From Candidatus Thorarchaeota archaeon (GTDB taxonomy: Archaea; Asgardarchaeota; Thorarchaeia; Thorarchaeales; Thorarchaeaceae): a DNA stretch of 64,000 nucleotides. The DNA lies in NCBI GenBank assembly GCA_048884965.1, contig JBHLQH010000013.1:1-64000 (forward strand), read 5' to 3'. Position numbers and translations under genes: made by a program. The notes under the pieces are model-generated. The model did no database searches and had not been told where the DNA came from. It saw only the letters and a list, made by a program, of their open reading frames with translations. Of the stretch, positions 29,657 to 37,209 are shown piece after piece. Position 1 is the stretch's first letter; each line of letters begins with the position of its first letter.

Positions 29657-29743
29657 TTGAAAAGAAACAAGTTAGTCTATATCTCATTCATGGCTTTCGG
29701 AATAGTTGCCTTTGTTCTTGGTTTCTACTTCTACTTTAGTTAG
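29657..29743 (+). CDS. 28-aa single-pass membrane microprotein (copy 2)
   Basis: TTG start behind GGTGAT: MKRNKLVYISFMAFGIVAFVLGFYFYFS; similar to 10610-10696. Confidence 0.65.
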   Translation: MKRNKLVYISFMAFGIVAFVLGFYFYFS

Positions 29744-29938
29744 TAGAAAGAGTACCAACAACTAATGGGATGCAAAGAGAGAATCGGGGGAGATTTATTT
29801 CGATGCGATCATCTCAGACGTGTATGGTACTCCGGGAATACTGCTAAAGAAGATACTACAGACTTGCGTCAATTATTCTCCTTTGCTGAGTTTGGACACT
29901 TTATATTAGATTCATACATGTAGCCATTGGAGATTTAG

Positions 29939-30787
29939 ATGTTTGCAACTAGAAATTCCAAGATCATTGCAGGTGCAATTCTGATAACTATCGTTATAGT
30001 AGCTCCAGCAATCTACTTGACATTCCTGAATCAGGGGACCTCACCGGTTATACCTCCTGATGATGATAATGACCCACTTGAGATTCCAGTGACCTCGGTC
30101 AACATCACACTCCTAGATACAGCAGGGGTAATGATTGAAGCCAACAATATCCGGATATACATCGACCCATATCGTATACCGAAGGACAACTTCTCAAACT
30201 TTCCTGCGGACCTGATACTCATTACTCATGCACACGTTGACCATTATTCAGCCTCTGACATCAGAGATATCCAGAAGAATAGTACAATGGTCGTCTGTCC
30301 TGCAACTATGACGACCCAGCTTGAAAGATACAATAATAGCTTGGGGGTTAAGCCCGGAGATAGTTTTCTGTACAGAGGCATCAACATTACTGCCTTTGAT
30401 CTATATCTTGAGAACTATCCCTCAGGAGTTTTATCTGCACATCCGAAAGCCAATAATTGGACAAGTTATATCATCGATATCGATGGCTTTGTCATCTTCC
30501 ATGCAGGTGATGCCAAATACATGGAGGAGTATGAAGACTTCACAGCAGAAGTAGATGTCGCACTCCTTCCAATCTACTATGATCCCGGATATGGAACCAA
30601 AGATGAATCGCTTGCACCCATTATCCAAGTTATTGAGGAGATACAGCCCAGCTATTGCATACCAACCCACTGGTACAATGAGGACAATGTTCTCTTCATG
30701 GATGAGTATGTACCATTCCTAGTTGATGATTGCATAGTCATGAACTTGGATTTCTGGGAGTCACATGTATTCAGTAATGATAGCTAA
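29939..30787 (+). CDS. Membrane-anchored MBL-fold metallo-hydrolase (UlaG-like)
   Basis: N-terminal TM, IYIDP, THAHVDH, HAGD and IPTHW. Confidence 0.85.
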   Translation: MFATRNSKIIAGAILITIVIVAPAIYLTFLNQGTSPVIPPDDDNDPLEIPVTSVNITLLDTAGVMIEANNIRIYIDPYRIPKDNFSNFPADLILITHAHVDHYSASDIRDIQKNSTMVVCPATMTTQLERYNNSLGVKPGDSFLYRGINITAFDLYLENYPSGVLSAHPKANNWTSYIIDIDGFVIFHAGDAKYMEEYEDFTAEVDVALLPIYYDPGYGTKDESLAPIIQVIEEIQPSYCIPTHWYNEDNVLFMDEYVPFLVDDCIVMNLDFWESHVFSNDS

Positions 30788-30856
30788 GAGTATGGATTCT
30801 ATATGAACAATGGACATGATTCTTACAGTCTTGGCAAAAAGAAAGAATGAAGGAAA

Positions 30857-30928
30857 GTGCGGGCGACCCTTGCGGGGTCGTCCAGCCCAACCCGAGTTTC
30901 GGTTGGACCTTCATGCGCCGCCCAGCAC
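30857..30928 (-). promoter_or_regulatory. Eukaryote-type SECIS element of vhuU, followed by a U-rich terminator tract
   Basis: AUGAA/GGAC non-Watson-Crick core, 9-bp upper stem GGUCCAACC/GGUUGGGCU, apical GAAACUCG, lower stem GUGCUGGGCG/CGCCCGCAC with an inserted GACCC-CGCAA-GGGUC hairpin. Confidence 0.8.
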
Positions 30929-31075
30929 TAGATCCTTCCTGGCTATCTCGTGCAGTTCACCATCGTCATCCTCGCGAACGACGACCATGTGAGCCGCACA
31001 TGATAGTCAGCAGTCATAGCAGCGTACGACCATCTCGATGAGATTGAGTACGCCTTCCGGTATTTCGTCAGTCAT
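30911..31075 (-). CDS. vhuU: Selenocysteine-containing [NiFeSe]-hydrogenase small peptide subunit VhuU/MvhU
   Basis: Hand translation: MTDEIPEGVLNLIEMVVRCYDC-U-LSCAAHMVVVREDDDGELHEIARKDLVLGGA*. The in-frame TGA at 31009-31007 falls at the metal-ligand position of DPxxxCxxH, and the upstream MvhA lacks this motif. Confidence 0.9.
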
Positions 31076-31087
31076 CTTTCATTACTC

Positions 31088-32404
31088 CTAGGTCTTTACC
31101 AGTGGTTCGGGTAGTTTCAGACTATCGAGGGCTTTATCCTCGAAGATCTGCTTCGCTGCGGTCATGAGTGACTTCTCAATACCAGCGATGTTGTTATTCG
31201 TTGCAACGATGAGGTTTGCATGTACAAGCATCCCATCATCATCGCTGACGTAATTATGCATGAGGGTTCCTCTCGGGGCCTCAACGATGCCTACGCCATC
31301 TCCAGCCTTGGGCTCTACATCTGAGAGCTTGACATCCTTGCTTACGATCATTGGATCCTCCAAGAGAGTCTTGATCCATTCTGCTGCCTGCACTAGCTCA
31401 ACGATACGTGCATAGTGGTACACAAAGGTGTGGTGTGATGGTCTACCGACAAGATCACGCATCTCCTTGAGCGCCGCATCTGCAAGAGGTGTTGCCATCT
31501 TGTCAGCGACATTACATCGAGCAAGCGTATTGGCTCGCCAGATCCCATCAGGATATCCAGCAGGCTTGTAGTAGATATGGCTAGCATATGAATGTGGAGC
31601 GATGTGCTCGCCATAGTACTTTGTGTAGTCCTTTGGCTCGAAGTCAGCGACTATCTTACCGTTTGGATCCATAACGCGCACATTGCCATCATAGATGTCT
31701 AAGACACCGTTGTTCGTTAGACCAATGTAGTATGTTGGTGTTACAGCAACCTTAGTGATGACATCGATATATGCATTCACGACGGTCTTCGCAAGCTCGA
31801 CAGTTTTAGTCACGTTCTCAAGCATCTCTGGTACTCGCTTCAGCCACTTATCACGATCTTCTTCAGGAAGGGCATGTAGCATTCCACCAGGAATTCCTGT
31901 AACAGGATGAACAGCCTTTGCACCAATATCACGGATGAGTTCTTGGCCAAACTCCATGATCTTTATCGCTTGTACTGTCACATCAGGAAGGTGCTTCAGT
32001 ACTGCTGCGACATTCCTCACTGACGGGTCAGCGAATGGACCGAACACAAAGTCAGGTGCTGCTAGAGCATAGAAGTGGATGGCATGAGATGAGAGCTGCT
32101 TGGCCTCAATCATCAATCGCCGTAGCTTTATTGCTGCTGGGGGTGGTTTGACGTCCCAAGCAGCCTCTACAGCTTTGATTGATGCCAAGTGGTGAGGAAT
32201 TGGACAGATCCCACAGATTCGAGGAGCTATCCTTGGCGCTTCCTCCATAGGACGACCAGTTAGGAACTTCTCGAAGAATCGCGTAGATCCAACATTGTAT
32301 TGGATGTCTTTGACCTTGTTATCTTTCCCTAGCTTGATTGTCAGCGCACCGTGGCCCTCCATTCTTGTTACTGGGTCGATCTTTATCGTCTTCTCGTCAG
32401 ACAT
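31088..32404 (-). CDS. mvhA: F420-non-reducing hydrogenase large subunit (group 3c), split form without the C-terminal ligand motif
   Basis: TRMEGH, RICGICPIPH, EAPRGTLMH and VATNNN; no DPCxxC motif. Confidence 0.92.
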   Translation of the reverse strand: MSDEKTIKIDPVTRMEGHGALTIKLGKDNKVKDIQYNVGSTRFFEKFLTGRPMEEAPRIAPRICGICPIPHHLASIKAVEAAWDVKPPPAAIKLRRLMIEAKQLSSHAIHFYALAAPDFVFGPFADPSVRNVAAVLKHLPDVTVQAIKIMEFGQELIRDIGAKAVHPVTGIPGGMLHALPEEDRDKWLKRVPEMLENVTKTVELAKTVVNAYIDVITKVAVTPTYYIGLTNNGVLDIYDGNVRVMDPNGKIVADFEPKDYTKYYGEHIAPHSYASHIYYKPAGYPDGIWRANTLARCNVADKMATPLADAALKEMRDLVGRPSHHTFVYHYARIVELVQAAEWIKTLLEDPMIVSKDVKLSDVEPKAGDGVGIVEAPRGTLMHNYVSDDDGMLVHANLIVATNNNIAGIEKSLMTAAKQIFEDKALDSLKLPEPLVKT

Positions 32405-33340
32405 CTATGCGACCTCCTTTGCGTGTTTCGCGTCTTCGCGCCTGATTCGCATGCGGTTCAAGTGACTTGTACCATAAGTGAATCTATAGAACATGCTTAG
32501 CGGATCCTTCACCTGCTCAACAAGCTTCTCTGGCTCCATAGGAGCATATGTTCCCAGCATTGATATTGCGGCAGCACCGAAATCTGAGGTGATTGGCGGA
32601 GGTGGTCCGAAGCAGCCACGACATGTGGCACCTTTGTTGACGCACTGCCCTTCGCATAGACCCCATGTACTTGAACCAACACAGATGTAGCCCTGTTCCA
32701 ATAGGCATCGGTCATGGTCAGCATGACCAGTAAAGGGTCGCAGGATCTCAGAGATGGGTGTTTCCTTCTTCTCTCGAGAGCAGTAATGACAAACAGTATG
32801 AGGTGGTAGATCTAGAGGAGTTCCCGTCAAGAGGGAGTTGATAGCAGCTCCGATGAGCTTGGAAGTTGGAGGGCATCCAGGCAAGTAAATATCGAAATCT
32901 ACATAGTCAGAGTTGGGTCTAACAACTGGCTCAATCTTTGGGATATTCACTGATGGAACCTTACCTCCACTGAATGTCTTGTTCTCTCTGTATTTCACAT
33001 CATAACATTCTTCGATGTCTGATAGATTTGCCAATGCAGAAACGCTTCCGAAACATGCACATGAACCAAGGGCAACTAAAATCTTGCACTTGTCACGCAT
33101 TATCTTCAGAAGATGTACATCCTCTTCTGTTCTCGCCATCCCTTCGAAGAAGCCAACGACAATTGACTTGTCCTCATATCCTTCGAGGTGATGGAGTTTG
33201 AAGTCCGCTACTGCTTGCCAATATTTGATTTCTAATTTTGGTAGTACGTCTGCTAGTCCAAGATGAATGTCGACGAGGCTCTGATAGCATCCCCAACATG
33301 AGGAGCCTTGAGCCATTGCGACTGGTACGGGATCACCCAT
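32405..33340 (-). CDS. mvhG: F420-non-reducing hydrogenase small subunit
   Basis: SCWGC, GSCACFG, PGCPP, CLLEQGYICVG and CRGCFG. Confidence 0.92.
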   Translation of the reverse strand: MGDPVPVAMAQGSSCWGCYQSLVDIHLGLADVLPKLEIKYWQAVADFKLHHLEGYEDKSIVVGFFEGMARTEEDVHLLKIMRDKCKILVALGSCACFGSVSALANLSDIEECYDVKYRENKTFSGGKVPSVNIPKIEPVVRPNSDYVDFDIYLPGCPPTSKLIGAAINSLLTGTPLDLPPHTVCHYCSREKKETPISEILRPFTGHADHDRCLLEQGYICVGSSTWGLCEGQCVNKGATCRGCFGPPPPITSDFGAAAISMLGTYAPMEPEKLVEQVKDPLSMFYRFTYGTSHLNRMRIRREDAKHAKEVA

Positions 33341-33342
33341 TT

Positions 33343-33582
33343 CTAGACCTCCTTAATGGCATAGACTAATTCGTGGTTTTCTTCTCCAGCGACTTCGACA
33401 TCACCCCACTTGAGCATCCCCATCAGGTTCCAGACAACCAGTTCTTGGGACAACTCAGTTTTCTTGGAAATCAAAGCCACCGTGTTTGCGCCGCCGTTCA
33501 ATGCCTCTTTTATTGTTTTGCGTTGCTTACGCACATCACTGTGCTTTTGCTCAAAATAAGTTGCAAACCGTCTCATCGCCAC
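33343..33582 (-). CDS. Small winged-helix protein within the mvh operon
   Basis: TVALISKKTEL..ELVVWNLMGMLKWG.V..wing..Y pattern; tightly packed between mvhD and mvhG. Confidence 0.65.
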   Translation of the reverse strand: MAMRRFATYFEQKHSDVRKQRKTIKEALNGGANTVALISKKTELSQELVVWNLMGMLKWGDVEVAGEENHELVYAIKEV

Positions 33583-34016
33583 TCCCTCTCTATTGGTCCA
33601 AGTTCCTTGACTTGGTCTACAAGTGTTCTAACTCCATCTGCGAATATCTGAGCCTCAGAGGCACTTGCCCACTGAAGACGAACTCGCTTGGGATTAACAC
33701 CTGATTGTTCTATGACCTTCTCCATCAATGCCCATCGTGCTCTAGCTTTCAGATTACCACTGGTATAGTGACAATCTCCAGGGTGACACCCGCTGACTAG
33801 CACGCCATCAGCGCCCATATCCAAGGCTGCGAGGATGAACTCCACATCAATCCTGCCTGTGCAGTTAACGCGGAGAATCCTTGCATTGGGAGGGTACTGA
33901 ATACGAGATGTACCAGCTAGGTCTGCTCCTGCATACGAGCACCAGTTGCAGCAATATGCGATAATACGAGGTTCCCAACCTAGATAGGGTGCCTTGGCTG
34001 TTGCAGCTGCGGTCAT
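33573..34016 (-). CDS. mvhD: Hydrogenase/Hdr [2Fe-2S] subunit D (Cys form)
   Basis: CCNWCSYAGADLAG, RVNCTGR, GCHPGDCHY and WASASE. Confidence 0.95.
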   Translation of the reverse strand: MTAAATAKAPYLGWEPRIIAYCCNWCSYAGADLAGTSRIQYPPNARILRVNCTGRIDVEFILAALDMGADGVLVSGCHPGDCHYTSGNLKARARWALMEKVIEQSGVNPKRVRLQWASASEAQIFADGVRTLVDQVKELGPIEREWR

Positions 34017-35797
34017 TATGCTCCACCTCCTACAGAGGGTTCTAGCGTAGGACAGAGGAACGCCTCCACCATTGCTAGAATCTGTTCATTGGTTGAGTGT
34101 AGCATAACGATTGCACTACTTGGGCAGGCCGCGGCACAGGTGCCACATCCATGACACTTTGCCTCAGTCACATAGGCAATGTGTGGATCATGGGAATCAT
34201 CCCAAGTTATCGCACCGTAGGGACATGCAGTCAGGCAGGTGGCACAAGAGGAACAGAGTTCTGGAATGACTCTTGATACAGTCGATTCAATCTCGACTGC
34301 TCCTTTTGCCATAAGACCGACAGCTTTTGCTGCAGCACCACTTGCGTCGATGACTGCCTCAGAGGCGTTCTTCGCAGCTTGAGCCGCTCCAGCTATCATA
34401 ATCCCAGCAGTATGAGTCGTAACAGGATTCAGCTTGACATGTTCGGGATTGAAGAAGCCATCACCACTACGCGTGAGGCTGAAGGTATGACCTACATCCT
34501 CGATGCCCTCAGGTGGAACCATCGCTGATGCAAGGACCAGAATATCAGGGCTGAATTCCAGATCTGTATCACCAAGGACATCCCTCCAAGTCACTGTAAT
34601 CTTTCCACGCTTTACATCGACTTCAGGTTTCTCACCAGCTGGGAATTTCGTATAGATGACATGTTTCTTTCTGGCAATCCTCTGGAAGTCCTCATGGTCC
34701 TTACCGTAAGTTCTGATGTCTTGGTATAGGATGAGGGATTCATCCAGCTTATCGGCCATGATTCCAGCGGTCTTTGCTAAAGCACTACAACAGTATCGTG
34801 AGCAGTGCTCATGACCTTTCTGACCAGCCTCTCGAGACCCAACACATCCAATGTAGGCAATCTTCTTGACAGGCTTACCATCACTAGGACGAATATATTG
34901 CTCTGCGTCGGGCTTTGATTGAAGCTCTGCTAGAGTCATTATATCTGGAGTTTTTCCGTATCCGTACAATCCTGTTGGAATATAGGGTTGGAATCCTGTC
35001 GCCACAATCACTGTTCCAATCTGATATTTCTTTGGAGCTTTCTGGCCTTCAACGGCAATCTCTGCCTCGAAGTTACCAACGTAGCCCTCAAAGTTCTCAA
35101 TTCTCGCGCCAGTCTTGACCTCTATCTTCTTGTGTTTCTTCACACGATCGATTAATGGCTTCAAGACTTCAGAACCGGGTTTATCCCCAGGGAACATATG
35201 GGACCACTTACGAACGTTGCCGCCAAGCTCCGAGTCGCGTTCGACTAGTACAACCTCGAACCCACGATCAGCAACATCCAGCGCTGCACGAAGTCCAGCA
35301 ATTCCACCACCAACAATCAAGACTCGTGGGGTAATCTGAACGGTCTTAATCGGTAATGATTCGAGATTTGCAGCACGAGCAACTGACATTCGTACGAGGT
35401 CTTTCGCTTTCTCAGTAGCTTCCTCAGGTTGCCGCATATGGCACCAGGAAACATGCTCTCGCAGGTTGACCTGATCGAACAGATACCTGTTCAGTCCAGC
35501 CTCTTCGACCACTCTCCTGAAGGTGGGCTCATGCATTCGTGGGGAGCAACTCGCCACAACGACGCGATTCAGATTATGCTCTGCGATCTTCGTTCGAATG
35601 GTTTCTTGTCCTGCATCACTACAGGTGAACATCTCATGGGTTGTGAATACTACATTAGGTAGCTTCGCTGCAGCTTCTGCAACCTCAGCTACATCGACAA
35701 CTCCTGCGATGTTGTGGCCGCAGTGGCACACAAACACACCTATGCGCGGTTCCGCCGAGGTGTCGGCGGCCTTGATTTCTACACTGCCTTCAGTCAT
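34016..35797 (-). CDS. hdrA: Heterodisulfide reductase subunit A (short form without inserted ferredoxin)
   Basis: RIGVFVCHCG, SCSPRMHE, NLREHVSW, GGGIAG, GCVGSR, CSRYCC and C-terminal 2x4Fe-4S; start at ATG 35797 (TAATG overlap with the hdrB stop). Confidence 0.9.
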   Translation of the reverse strand: MTEGSVEIKAADTSAEPRIGVFVCHCGHNIAGVVDVAEVAEAAAKLPNVVFTTHEMFTCSDAGQETIRTKIAEHNLNRVVVASCSPRMHEPTFRRVVEEAGLNRYLFDQVNLREHVSWCHMRQPEEATEKAKDLVRMSVARAANLESLPIKTVQITPRVLIVGGGIAGLRAALDVADRGFEVVLVERDSELGGNVRKWSHMFPGDKPGSEVLKPLIDRVKKHKKIEVKTGARIENFEGYVGNFEAEIAVEGQKAPKKYQIGTVIVATGFQPYIPTGLYGYGKTPDIMTLAELQSKPDAEQYIRPSDGKPVKKIAYIGCVGSREAGQKGHEHCSRYCCSALAKTAGIMADKLDESLILYQDIRTYGKDHEDFQRIARKKHVIYTKFPAGEKPEVDVKRGKITVTWRDVLGDTDLEFSPDILVLASAMVPPEGIEDVGHTFSLTRSGDGFFNPEHVKLNPVTTHTAGIMIAGAAQAAKNASEAVIDASGAAAKAVGLMAKGAVEIESTVSRVIPELCSSCATCLTACPYGAITWDDSHDPHIAYVTEAKCHGCGTCAAACPSSAIVMLHSTNEQILAMVEAFLCPTLEPSVGGGA

Positions 35798-36669
35798 TAG
35801 CTCACCCCACAACAATCAATAATCGAGTGCGGATCGATCTTGTTCAGTTCAACTCCAAGTATATCCTCATTGATACCCAGCGCAGGGCCTAGGAACTGCG
35901 GAATAGGTAGAACAGGAATCTTCTTCCTGCTACCTGCACGGTCACCAAACTGCACCTGAGTGAGTTGGATATCGCAGAATACACATGCAGTCACGATTCC
36001 ATCTGCACCAGTTCGTGCGATATTGTCGATTTTATCGAGCCCTATAGTGGCTGCAACGGCTTCATCCATTGCCAACATGGGACCACCGCAACAACGAGTC
36101 TTGCCAGGATAGTCAACAGCAGTTGCACCTACTGCCTCGACTAGACGGTCCAGAATTGTAGGATTCTCGGGATCATCGACTTGCACGATCTCGTATGGCC
36201 GGGTTACGTGACATCCATAGTGAGCAGCAAGCTTCACTCCGTTATACGGTTTGACGACAGCTCGTTCGATGGCATCGAATCCAATGTCATCTGCGAGGAC
36301 TTGGAGTAAATGACGGACCCGAACTTTCCCAGTGTATTTGAGCCCCTCCTCAGCTAGGAGTGAGTTCACTTCGTCTCGGGCACGGATGTCATGGTCAAGC
36401 AAGTACTTGTTCGTCTTTAAAGACCCAGAGCATGCACCACAGAGTGCAAGGATATCTTTCTCTTCTCTCTCCGCAAGAGCAAGAATTCTTCCACTCATTG
36501 CAGCATATGCCATCCTGTCCATAGATTCCACATATTGAGCTCCGCAGCAGTTCGTGTCTTTCATCTCTGTGATCTTGACACCCAACTTCTTCAGTACTGC
36601 AATAGTCGCGGCTTCATACCCAGGAAGTCGTACTGGAGTAGTACAACCTCTGTACAGCAGAAGTTCCAT
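35797..36669 (-). CDS. hdrB: Heterodisulfide reductase subunit B
   Basis: YRGC, NCCG, CGAC, HYGCH, RCCG and ACVFC CCG motifs. Confidence 0.92.
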   Translation of the reverse strand: MELLLYRGCTTPVRLPGYEAATIAVLKKLGVKITEMKDTNCCGAQYVESMDRMAYAAMSGRILALAEREEKDILALCGACSGSLKTNKYLLDHDIRARDEVNSLLAEEGLKYTGKVRVRHLLQVLADDIGFDAIERAVVKPYNGVKLAAHYGCHVTRPYEIVQVDDPENPTILDRLVEAVGATAVDYPGKTRCCGGPMLAMDEAVAATIGLDKIDNIARTGADGIVTACVFCDIQLTQVQFGDRAGSRKKIPVLPIPQFLGPALGINEDILGVELNKIDPHSIIDCCGVS

Positions 36670-37199
36670 TATGCTACCGCCTCCTCTTTCATCTTCTTTC
36701 GTTGGAAGTATCTCTTCTTGACTTTCTCGACAAAGTCATGATTCATCTCAAGATTGGGATTCAGTCCAAGGTCTTCCCTGTCCTCCTCTTGGAAGTCAGT
36801 ATAGGAATCCTTCAACAGCCATCCATCTTCCAGTACAGTATCGACAGTGTCCCTGAAGACCCTTGGTATGTGACCTTCTCGTGCAGCAATGACACGAACT
36901 GCATGGAAGATCTCTGCGGGAGAAACGCCTTCCTGACATCGCTCCTCACACATCCTGCAGTTCAGACATAGCCATGATTGATCACTGCCCAGCACCTCCT
37001 CGCGCTTTCCTAGAATGATCTTCTGGATCATTCGACGGGGACGATAGAGGTCATTGGCATTGGCAACAACACAGCTGGCTGTGCAGATACCACATTGTAC
37101 GCACTTATTGATCGCATCACCGCCTTCTTCCATTGCCACCTCTCTGGCAAAATTGGAATTGGGTACATGAACGGATTTTGGTTTGATTTCTGTAGTCAT
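36669..37199 (-). CDS. hdrC: Heterodisulfide reductase subunit C
   Basis: CVQCGICTASC and WLCLNCRMCEERCQ. Confidence 0.92.
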   Translation of the reverse strand: MTTEIKPKSVHVPNSNFAREVAMEEGGDAINKCVQCGICTASCVVANANDLYRPRRMIQKIILGKREEVLGSDQSWLCLNCRMCEERCQEGVSPAEIFHAVRVIAAREGHIPRVFRDTVDTVLEDGWLLKDSYTDFQEEDREDLGLNPNLEMNHDFVEKVKKRYFQRKKMKEEAVA

Positions 37200-37209
37200 T
37201 CTGCATCAC

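Noticed and set aside
30810-31041. Plus-strand ORFs 30810-30992 and 30847-31041
   Set aside because: Antisense shadows of vhuU and its GC-rich SECIS.
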